In this document: piece by piece, positions 24,791-35,031 of the stretch
How positions within the stretch are numbered: the first letter of the stretch is position 1
Layout of the letters: each line of letters starts with the position of its first letter
Assembly (NCBI RefSeq): GCF_021028975.2
Contig: NC_059425.1
Location: 29,450,001 to 29,514,000, forward strand
Reading direction: 5' to 3'
Length of the DNA stretch: 64,000 nt
From: Sphaerodactylus townsendi
Taxonomy: Eukaryota
Position numbers and translations under genes: made by a program
Notes under the pieces: generated by a model
Told to the model about the DNA's origin: nothing
What the model saw: only the letters and a program-made list of their open reading frames with translations
The model's database searches: none

Positions 24791-25333
24791 CATTTGCTTT
24801 GCAGAATCATCCATTTGATACTATAATGAAATGTGAAAGACCCAGCTTTGTCTTTTTCTGTTTATTTTTAAATCTCAAGATAGGAGCTTGAAGTTGAAAA
24901 CAAATGGGACTGAATATTTTCTTCCTTGATGTTGACCGCTTATAGTATTGCTCCTTAATCTGGTCACATTGAGAATCGCAGATGATTTCTTTCCTCCTTG
25001 ACTTCAAAGACTGAGGCCTCTCCCTTAGGTTCCTGCAGGCCTATTGGAAATCTAGTGTGTTAGGGTAGTGGAGCCTTATCTTTCAGCACGATAACCTGCT
25101 TTCTGCATGGCAAGTGGCATGGCCATTTTGAAAGGGCACCCCTTCAGTTGCTGGAGTGGGTTTCATTATTTACTAAGCTTGCCTTTTGCTGCTGTGGTTA
25201 AATGGTGTTCTATATACAATGCTGAGTGGGGAATCTTAAGGCAGCGGAGGTCCTGTTACCCTTTGCCCACATGTACCAGCTGCAGGATGCATTTGCCAAA
25301 TTAACAGACTTTGCTTTCTTTTTCTTTTTCTAG

Positions 25334-25435
25334 ATTTCAAGGGAGCATGGGATTAGGTTTTTCGAAACTAGCGCAAAAGCAAATATAAACATTGAGAAGG
25401 CATTCCTTACGTTAGCAGAAGACATTCTTCGAAAG
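25334..25435 (+). CDS. RAB10: RAB10 coding exon 5
   Basis: tttttctag|ATT TCA...CGA AAG|gtaact; 102 nt; [34 protein letters not shown], with the G5 ETSAK motif. Confidence 0.98.
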
Positions 25436-25439
25436 GTAA

Positions 25440-25940
25440 CTGCGAACAATTTCTCACTTAGAGAACTGTTGTGGCCCAGGGTGTAAAATTTAATTCTCAC
25501 CACCTGGGCCGGTGCAAATGGGGGGTCGGAAATTTCCCCTCAAAGAGGCGAAACCGCCTCCCACTCACCCACCCACCCACTCGCTCGCATGTCCCCCTCT
25601 GCTCCCCCGCCCACTTGCTTGCTCGCGCCCCCCCCCGCCCCGCTTGCTTGGCATACCACGCCTGTGGCAGGCGAAGATGGAGTCCGGCAGCTTTCGGCCT
25701 GGCCGACGCGGAAAAACACCTGCCATAGCAACCAGCGGGGCGGAACAGCGAGGCAAAAGCCGCAGCGCAGCCTGGCCGGCAGCCGTGGTGAGAGATGCAC
25801 CTTTCGCATACCTGCTCTGCGTGCAGAAGCGGGTGAAAGATGAACGGCATTTCGGCTCGGCTCATGGAAGCGTGCAGAACAATTAGGCGGGAAGAGCCCA
25901 TCGCGGCTTCATGAGCAGCGGGTTCCAGGAACCCCTGGTG
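25440..25940. promoter_or_regulatory. Intragenic CpG-island-like block with RFX X-box-like, GC-box and YY1-like motifs
   Basis: High GC with many intact CpGs against a CpG-depleted background; CCTGCCATAGCAAC 25719-25732, GGGGCGGA 25737-25744, AAGATGG 25674-25680. Confidence 0.5.
25671..25787 (+). CDS. Candidate unannotated in-frame alternative exon (cassette or alternative first exon) in RAB10 intron 5
   Basis: tggcag|GCG AAG ATG...GCC GTG|gtgaga; 117 nt, phase 0/0 like intron 5, no stop; ~120-nt AG-free pyrimidine-rich upstream zone; no transcript evidence available. Confidence 0.35.
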
Positions 25941-26403
25941 TAGGCCATCTTGTTTGGGTTATTCTCCACCATCAATGAAGGAGGCAGGAAATATACTTTG
26001 GTCCCTTCCTGTAGGCTGGTCATAGCCATCTCGCCCCAGTATCTCCCCCCCAAAACTATAGGATATTATGCCTGCCTCCGTTCCCCCCAACGGTAGCCTA
26101 TTTTGCAGCATTGTTGTGAGATCCATGAGTGTAAAACCAGAAGTAGTTAATTGTTCCCCAAACCTCTTGGAAATCAGCACAAAGGCGAACACGTCTCTGA
26201 GTTAAAAATACCATATTATTTCAGTATGGCTTCCACCTCCCTGCTCACCCAACCCCACTGTCCTGTTTCATTAAGAGTGTAAAACAAATTCTCGACCCTG
26301 AGTGCTCTGAAGAACATCCTTATCTTCCACTTGACTTGTTTGAGAAATGGCTTTGGAATCTTGAGATGCCTAGTAACTCTTCTGTGTTGCTTCTTTGTTG
26401 TAG

Positions 26404-26487
26404 ACCCCTGTAAAAGAGCCCAACAGTGAAAATGTAGATATCAGCAGTGGAGGAGGAGTGACAGGCTGGAAGAGCAAGTGTTGCTGA
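26404..26487 (+). CDS. RAB10: RAB10 last coding exon (exon 6)
   Basis: ttgtag|ACC CCT...TGT TGC TGA; TPVKEPNSENVDISSGGGVTGWKSKCC*, the RAB10-specific tail with CC geranylgeranylation motif. Confidence 0.98.
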   Translation, partial: TPVKEPNSENVDISSGGGVTGWKSKCC

Positions 26488-28700
26488 ATGTGTTCCCCTC
26501 ACCAAGCGCCATCCACCACCCCTCCTCTTTTTGCTGTGGAGTAAACCACTTTGCCCATTTTAACCTTAAATATTTTTTGTTCCTCATCTTAACACGGCTC
26601 CCTTTATTCTTCTTCTGTTTTAGGAGAGCTCGCTGACTATAACGTTCTTGAAACAAACTGTATTAAAAAGAAAATCATGTCTCAATTCCTTTTTTTCCCT
26701 TTCTTTTTTTTTTAAATGTACCAGCTGCAACTCAGCATCACGTTCTGGTTGTATTATAGTCCGGTCTTAACATTAAAACTTAGAGCAAATCATTTCAGCT
26801 CCAGCCTGCAAATTGTATGAGAATAAAACTTTAGCATTAACAGTTTCTTTTGTACAACAGTGGGGTTTTTGTTATGAATAATGTGCTTAAGTCACTATAT
26901 TTGCATCAGAAAAAAAAAAATCATTCGCCTTGAGTATGTAAATGGGGTTTATTTTGTCCTGTGCCTTATGTGGAAAGGAACTTTGGTTCTCCCCCCCTCC
27001 CCCTTTCTGTATTCTGGTTGAAGCATGAGCAGGAGATTATGCCACATTTTAAAAACAACAGCCCTAAACTCTCTTGCCATGACTTTACAGTGATTGATGT
27101 AGTGAATTGAGGACGAAGGGGATAGAGCAAGGTATTCCAACATGCTTGGTGTCTCCTTGTTCCTTGGAGGCTTAATCTCTGACCAGTATCTGCTGCCATT
27201 TTCTTTCTCACTACCACTTTTTCTTTCCCCCTCCCTTTCTTTTTTGTTGCCTGCATGCCAGTTTTGTGTTCTTTTTTAAATGGTGTGATATGTTATGAGA
27301 CAGCAGTACAGTATGTATGCCCAATTAAATACAAAGCACTGATCTAGCTTTCTAAGGTAAAACATTAAGTATCTAATCTTTGTCTAGCAACTGTCAGACC
27401 AACTACTATTCCTTCCCCTCCCTTCCTTCCCACGTAGTCATTGGGGTCTGTGGTAATGGAAGCGGTAATTGCATGCATTAGTTTTCTCTATGGAGGATGA
27501 TGTGGCTGTCTTTCTTCATGTATGCCATGTGGTTCCCAAATCAACAACATGAGTAAATATGAATTTGGTTCTCTTGTTTGCTGTTCCAGGCAGATGACTT
27601 GGTAGCCTAGAAAATATTTAAAATTTGGGTGGGGAGAAAGGGGTAAGATGATCACCACCCCCATAATGCTCTCCTTCTGTGTTAAGTTCTTCATAATAAT
27701 AAAAAAATCCCTTGTTTACAACCATGGGCAATTGTTAATTCTTTCAATGGATGCTATAGTAAGCAAAAAATAAAATGGTTTTTTTGGTTGGGGGGGGGGG
27801 GTAAACAGAAAAGCTTTATCTGTTGGGGGAGCTTGGTTATGTGAGTGGCTTTTCCAGCTTGTGTTTTGCTTCTCCTGTCATCAGTGAGACACCTGTCTTG
27901 AAACAAGGGGCTTCACAATTCACATATTGCAGAGCTGGGATCAGAGGGGAAGGAGCCGTTTCTCTTGAGACTCAAGCTGAAATTGGGAGCCTTGCTGGGA
28001 TAGCATTATTCCTGCCACTTGGTTCACCTACACATACGGCAGGAGGGCTCACGCAACAGAGTTTTCTTGCAGTTTCCCCCCTCCCCTCCAGAAAACATGC
28101 TCCAGAGATTATCTTGAGGCGGACCTTTTTGCACTTGTTTTTTAAGAAAGGTCCTCTGCTAATTGTCACAGCCAGTGATGCTGAATGGATTTTCATAAAA
28201 GGAAAGTGTTTGGAACTCTAGCTTTGATCTGGTGTCACCAGTGTAGGAACACTCCCCTCCTTTCTCTAGTGCTTGGCAGTCTGTCATTCTGTGCTTGTCT
28301 AACCTTTCCCACCTGAGTGGCTGTTGAAGCAAGGGGCAAAACGCTGGGACTTGAGGTGACAAATCAGCCAAGTTTTGTTCCTTGCATATTGATGTACTGA
28401 TTAGCATTGTAAATAGGAATTACTACCTTTTCAGACCTGCACTTTCTAACATTATCAAAAAAGGGAATATGGAGTACGAGTCATTTTTTTGTATAATCTC
28501 TGTTTAAAACATGCACTCATTTTCTTCCTGGGGCGTGGCCCTTCTGTATCTCTTTGAGATCCTTTGTAAAATTGTGTTCATTAAGCACCAAGCAGTCAAA
28601 ACAAACAAACAAAAACAGTCCACTCTTCTGGTACTACTCACTAAAAATTCATATTCTACTTAACAAGTTAAATAAACTGAAATATTTCTAGTTTGTCTAT
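26488..28700 (+). other. RAB10: RAB10 3'UTR with proximal (26822-26827) and distal (28671-28676) AATAAA signals
   Basis: U-rich, repeat-free stretch after the stop; two AATAAA hexamers followed by U/GU-rich sequence; end point approximate. Confidence 0.75.
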
Positions 28701-29256
28701 TTCTGTTGATATTGAAGTGTGATCGGAGTCTCATTGATTTCTCAGAGTATGTGAGCATGCCTGTTTATTTGTCTAGTATCACAGCGTTCCTTATAAACAC
28801 ATTTCAGTTCTGTTCCAAGACCAAACCCAAGAGGAGGGAGAGAAATAGCTGCAACTGCACCAGTCTCCTAGTATCAGCATCTACATCCCTATTCCTATTT
28901 CTTTGTTAGAGCAGTAGTAATCACTTTGCCGCTCACAGTCATATTTACAGTTGCTATTACCTTTCATCTTTGACATGAGACCTGCACCTCTGGGTGGCTT
29001 CACCTGGTTTCAAGGTGGGAACTACCTGCCTACCAGAAATCCTATTAAGCAAGGTTCACCCACGGTTCACCCACTTTCACATGAGTCCCATACTGGGGAG
29101 TGGTGTTCAGAAGAGCCACATGTTAAACCACAACATATTACAAAATCCATTGACAGCACTGTACTATTGACAACTGTGCCTAGAAACTGTGCCCATCACT
29201 TCTTCATCACACCGACCATATTTACTCATAGGCAGGGTAAGCTGCAAAGCTGACGA

Positions 29257-30295
29257 ATAAGCATAAGCATTTTTTATTGTCATTGTGCACGCACAACAAA
29301 ATTTACAGCAGCATTCCTCGATGCACACAATTTCAGACTCATATCCCATCCTCACTTTCCCCTTCCTCCACCCATCCCTACACAGCCCCAAACACATCAA
29401 CACGAAGCCATGGAGTTCAGCATAGCCACAGCTCTAGAGTAGAAGCTGTCTCTAAGCCTCTTTGTCCTAGTTTTTATAGACCTGTATCGTCTGCCAGATG
29501 GTAACAGTTCAAAAAGAGAGTGTGCTGGATGAGACGGGTCTCAGAATATTTTGGGCTTTCTTTAGGCTTCGGGAATTATAGAGTTCTTCCAAGGAGGGGA
29601 GAGGGCAGCCGATAATCCTCTGTGCAGTAGTGATCACCCTTTGGAGTGCCTTCCTATCTGCCACTGTGCAACTGGAGAACCATACACAGATGCTGGTAGG
29701 TTAAAGAGACACTATAGCACAAGTAAAAGGACACTTTTCAGGAGTTTTCCATCCAGTTGTTGTTTCCTTAAAAATCTCAGACCAGGTACAGTAGTCTTTG
29801 CTGGGCCTTCTTAACTCCCTGCCAACCAGTCTAGATACTTTGGAGTCAAGTCCTCTTTAATCATAACACCCAGAAATTTAAAACTAGCCACCCGCTCTAC
29901 TTGATTTCCATTTATAGTCAAGGGCTGAATTTCTAAGCTATTCCTTCTATAGTCCACTATAAGCTCCTTTGTCTTGTTAGTATTAAGAACCAGGTTATTT
30001 TCCCTGCACCATGAGAGCAATCAGTCCACCTCACTCCGATAGGCAGACTCATCCCCTCCAGAGATGAGCCCCACCACCGTTGTGTCATTGGCAAATTTGA
30101 TAATGGTGTTACTATGATAGACGGGTACAATCATATGTATAAAGGGTGAACAATAAAGGACTCAACACACAGCCCTGTGGCGTTCCCATATTTAGAGTAA
30201 GAACTGAGGAAACCCGATTTCCCAGTCTAACCCTCTGGGAACGTCCAGACAAGAAGTCCCTAATCCACAAACAGTGGATTTGTGGAATGCCAGTG
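29257..30295 (-). mobile_element. Rex1/Babar-clade non-LTR retrotransposon, 5'-truncated
   Basis: GTPQGCVLSPLLFTLYTYDC; WCRENNLVLNTNKTKELIVDYRR; VERVASFKFLGV; minus-strand 3' end gacaataaa followed by (ATGCTT)2. Confidence 0.88.
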
Positions 30296-31247
30296 TTCCT
30301 TAAGTTCACAGTATACGTCTATCACTTCCACATCAAAACCGGTCTATAACTACAATTTTCAGCATAACTAAGTAGTATACCTGAGTGGTGTACTTTCAGT
30401 GAAAGTTTTGCAAATTTATGGAGAAATACTGTAGGCATTTTGCCTAGAGAGATTTGTAAAAGTTCAGAATGCTGTAATGTGAGTAAGGAAGCTGGGGTTC
30501 AGACTTTGCTGTATATTCTTGACTTCTGATATTTAGTGGGAGCATTCACCCCTGTCCTGTTCAGCAGGCCTTGTGTCTTCCATATCCTCTCTCCCTTTGG
30601 AGATATGAGCAACTAAAAATGACTCTCAGTAGATTCCCTAAGCTGCCCATTGGGGTGAGAGGACTGCACTGTTTGTATCCTTGATGCATACTTTGAAGTG
30701 CAACTTTGCCTTCTAGAAGGGTCATCTATCTCTGGAGGAGTCTCTTCCTGCCATTTTGTCCCACTGGGACCTAGCCTAGTGTTTGTTTGTTTTTAAATTA
30801 TTGTGATGATTTAAAAAACTTAGAGGAAACGTTCAGAATTTGCGGCATTATGGCTATAAGGTGGTTAGTTCCTTCTTTCTGCTTACAATGGCTTCTTCCA
30901 GCCACAGGGTAAAAGTTGTCTTATGTTTATCTCGTGTGAAGGATGAAATCCTAGATTTCTTCAAGGCATTTAAAAAAGCAGCAGACAATAAAGAGCAAAT
31001 ATTTGCATCTCTTCCCCAAAATAATGTAAACAAACCAATTCTTTGTCAACAGTGTGTCAGAACTGCCGGAAAGAAAATAATAGAGGGGCCATTGTAATAA
31101 TAGCAAAGACAAGGTGGAAACACCTTATTCTCTACAAATAACTAGTTGGACTCAAAAACGGGCAATTTGAAAGAACCGTTTCTCTTCTTGTTTGCCTGTG
31201 TCATGTAAGTTGCCTAGTCTGGAGTGCTGTTTTCAGAGTCCTTAGAG

Positions 31248-31480
31248 CCAGCGTGGCATAATGGTTAAGAGCGGTGGACTCTGATCCGGTGAACCTGATT
31301 TGTTTGCCCACTCCTTCACATGCAGCCTGCTGGGTGACCTTGGGCTAGTCACCGTACTCTTCGAGCTCTCTCAGACCCACCTACCTTACAAGGTGTCTCT
31401 TGTGGGAAGGGGAAAGGTAAGACAATTGGAAGCTGCTTAAAAGTGGAGAACAGCAGGGTGTAAAACCCAACTCTTCTACT
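31248..31480 (+). mobile_element. Squam3-like SINE
   Basis: gtggcataatggttaagagc head, gctgggtgaccttgggctagtcac core, aactcttct tail. Confidence 0.85.
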
Positions 31481-33182
31481 GTGGGAGCAACTGATATGGA
31501 TTTGTATAGAAGGATGGGATGTGCCATTTTTTAGGGTGGTTTTCCCCCACAGATGTTGTGTGCCCTGCCCTCTCCTCCAGCCCTGACTTTGCATACAACT
31601 ATTTCTGTGCATTTGCGATTTTTCTGCTAGGAGCTTTAGTTCCTGTGGAATGGAAAAGCAAGGTCCCATCCACGTTCTCTGGAAGATTTCAGCAGCTTTT
31701 GTACTGGGAGTGCATGTAGAAACTGTAGTGGGGGCTGATAACAGGTCAGAGCAAACATTTATCCATGGGCCATGATTAAGCCATTCTCCAAGGCTCTGAC
31801 TTGGTTCCTCCGGATGATATAGTCTTCATAAAGGACAATTTTGATGACCACAAGGGAAACTACCACGTTTTCACACTTCATTGTCTGAATACCCTTTTGG
31901 AGAGAACACAAGACCACAGAGCACACATCAGTCCTTGTGTACACCACAGACAAATGCTGATTTCCCCCTTCCCAGTTGGTGGCTATTGAGCCCAAAAGTT
32001 AAATGTTGTGGTTCTTAAGCAGCTGTTATTTGATTTTTCTTTTAGTTTTTAAATGCTTTTCAATGTGCTGCCCCAATGCAAGGAAGATAGTCTGGAAATC
32101 GGACAGAAGAATCTATTACATATTCCTTGAGCTTGCATCTTCCTTTTCTGCAAGAGAACTTGCACTGATGTACATAGGATTCAAGTGATCTGTCATACCG
32201 ACATTGGCTGGCTCCACTTCACTTGTACCATCAAATACATTTCTCTAGAAGATTTCCATTTCAGCTGCATAATTATCTTCCTATTATGATTTCTATTTCA
32301 GTTGCATTTCTAAATTCATCCCATGCCCTCCAATGCTCTGACCCAGAGATCTATTTATTGTTAAGAGTAAGTTCTATTGGTTTCAACAGAGCCTGACCAA
32401 TAAAATTTCAGCCAGGCTCATTCTTTCTGCCTGCAGAACCTCTGTTAGCCAGCAGAGGGTGGTACAATTAAATTTATCACAAGGCAAACGTTTGCATCTG
32501 GCCATGATTTAATTTTTTTAAATGGAATGTTAATGGGGTTTCAAATCTTCCTCTAAACCACACTCTCTAATATAGAAACCACAGACCCCAATCTCATCAC
32601 AAAACCATGAAAATTTGGTAGTGAGGCAAAGTCATTGTAGGATTAGGATATTTCTTCAGTTTTCAAACTTGTATCCAATTGATTTCATCCTAATTCAGTT
32701 AACAATCTTGCTGTCAAACTGGTAAACCTCACCAACAGCAAACACCTTTTAGAGCAAGGAGCAACCCATGGACAATATTCCCCTTCAGTTATGGAGCTAA
32801 CCATTCAAATACCACCAACCATATGAAAAATATAGGGAGGAAGGGGGCATCTTAAAATGGAAATATAGATTTCATATACTATTTTGTACTCTCCATCCTA
32901 GGTGTCTCCTCCTTAACACAGAAAATACAATTTATTGACAAGATCTACACCAGAAGTAGATCAGAAGAGAGCCTGAGGTCTTACAAGCAACAAGCAGCTT
33001 GGGTTCTGCAAAGTTGCATGTGTTGTCTTGCAAAGTGATTTGCTTTGCTTTAGCAAACTCAACTTTTGGGTAAGCTCTGAGGAAATTAAACTAACATGAA
33101 TCAAGGCAAAATGAGATCCTCCAACAGGAGAGGGTGGGAGAACAACAGCTGTCAAACAGTGGTAGTATTGAGGGCAAGATCT

Positions 33183-33402
33183 GTTTATTTACTCTGTTGA
33201 TAACCCACTTTTCTCTCCACAGGAATCCAGAGTGGCTTACAGTGTGCTCCCTTCCTCCATTTGATCTTCATAATTATTCTGTGATGTAGGGTAAGCTGAG
33301 AGGGTGTGAATGGTCCAAGGTCATCCAGCAAACCTGTATACCAGAGTGGGAATTCGGACTCTGGTCCCAGGATTGTAGGCTGAGACACTAACCACCACAC
33401 TG
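33183..33402 (-). mobile_element. Decayed MIR/Squam3-related SINE
   Basis: ccaaggtcatccagcaa core; ctaaccaccacactgg head. Confidence 0.6.
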
Positions 33403-33821
33403 GTGTGTTGTGCTTATTGGTCTGTTCCAAACAGCTTTATTTTTGTGGGTTTGACTATGTCCTTTAATTTGTACTGTTGAAAAGAACAAGAAAATGTAAG
33501 CAACAAGTAGAGAATCTACAAGGACTTGCAGGGGGCATCTCATTTCCCCCTCCACCACTATTTTCTCTTTCCTTGCCCTGAAAGCCCCCATAGACTGTCC
33601 CTGACCTTCATGTTCCTTGCTGCCTTCAGCTGTCTCTCCCCCTGGCAATCTCTTCCTGAGAAAAGCCTGCTTGGTTCCAGTGGCTGGGCATTTGCCTCTG
33701 TATCCCGTTCCTCACATTATTTCTTCTTTTTGACCTACTGGCAACCCTTATGTCTTTCCCATGCTTCTTTTTTTCCCTTATCCACCCACCAGTCTTTTAT
33801 CTACCCCCTCATCTTCAGCTA

Positions 33822-34045
33822 TATTTATTATTTACTGCATTTGTACCTCATCTTTCTCTACTATGGGCTTGCCAAGCAGCTTGCAGCATTCTTCTCTTCA
33901 TTTTATTCTCACAGCAATCCTGTGAGATAGGATAGGCTGCATGTGTGAGACTAGCTCAATGTTATCCAATGAGCTTCCACAGCAGAATGGGGATTTGAAC
34001 TTGGGTCTCCCAGATTCTAGTCTGAAACCACTACACCACAGTGGC
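33822..34045 (-). mobile_element. Decayed MIR/Squam3-related SINE
   Basis: ctcacagcaatcctgtgag; gggatttgaact B-box; accactacaccaca head. Confidence 0.6.
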
Positions 34046-34124
34046 TTTTGTGTGGTGACTGCTACTGAAAAGTAGCAGGCAGCCTAGGTTGGTGAGGCAC
34101 TCAAGTGGAATGGTAGGAAGTCCC

Positions 34125-34380
34125 AAGCTTTAAAAGGGGCTTGAACAGATTTATGAAGGAGAAGTCGATCTTTGGCTACCAATCTTGATCCTCCCTGATC
34201 TCAGATTGCAAATGCCTTAGCAGACCAGGTGCTCAGGAGCAGCAGGAGCAGCAGAAGGCTATTGCTTTCACATCCTGCATGTGAGCTCCCAAAGGCATCT
34301 GGTGGGCCACTGCGAGTAGCAGAGTGCTGGACTAGATGGACTCTGGTCTGATCCAGCAGGCTCTTTCTTATGTTCTTAAG
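34125..34380 (+). mobile_element. CR1 3' end
   Basis: Same 3'UTR as the 15270 element; ends ggactagatggactctggtctgatccagcaggctctttcttatgttctta. Confidence 0.9.
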
Positions 34381-34552
34381 TGGTTGCTGCAGAGCCTAAC
34401 CCAGATGAGTCCACCCTCAAAGGGGGAGTGCAGGTGGAAAAGATCTGAGGTTGACTGTTTGCTTCTCACTGAAAATATTCTGGCGGGCGGCCAGCATGAA
34501 AATATTCTTAACTAATATTGAAAGCTGCCTTGAACCATGAGGAAAAACAGGA

Positions 34553-35031
34553 NNNNNNNNNNNNNNNNNNNNNNNNNNNNNNNNNNNNNNNNNNNNNNNN
34601 NNNNNNNNNNNNNNNNNNNNNNNNNNNNNNNNNNNNNNNNNNNNNNNNNNNNNNNNNNNNNNNNNNNNNNNNNNNNNNNNNNNNNNNNNNNNNNNNNNNN
34701 NNNNNNNNNNNNNNNNNNNNNNNNNNNNNNNNNNNNNNNNNNNNNNNNNNNNNNNNNNNNNNNNNNNNNNNNNNNNNNNNNNNNNNNNNNNNNNNNNNNN
34801 NNNNNNNNNNNNNNNNNNNNNNNNNNNNNNNNNNNNNNNNNNNNNNNNNNNNNNNNNNNNNNNNNNNNNNNNNNNNNNNNNNNNNNNNNNNNNNNNNNNN
34901 NNNNNNNNNNNNNNNNNNNNNNNNNNNNNNNNNNNNNNNNNNNNNNNNNNNNNNNNNNNNNNNNNNNNNNNNNNNNNNNNNNNNNNNNNNNNNNNNNNNN
35001 NNNNNNNNNNNNNNNNNNNNNNNNNNNNNNN
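34553..35031. other. Assembly gap
   Basis: N run. Confidence 1.

Noticed and set aside
25477-25937. CAGGG...CCCTG ends as a hAT MITE explaining the CpG-rich block
   Set aside because: Only 5 bp of inverted match and the flanks (ttgtggcc / gtgtaggc) are not a convincing TSD; not fully excluded.
25440-26200. Structured GC-rich block as telomerase RNA, 7SK or RNase P/MRP
   Set aside because: No CTAACCCT template or pseudoknot, no 7SK GATC stems and no P4 motifs seen on either strand by eye; an Rfam scan would settle it.
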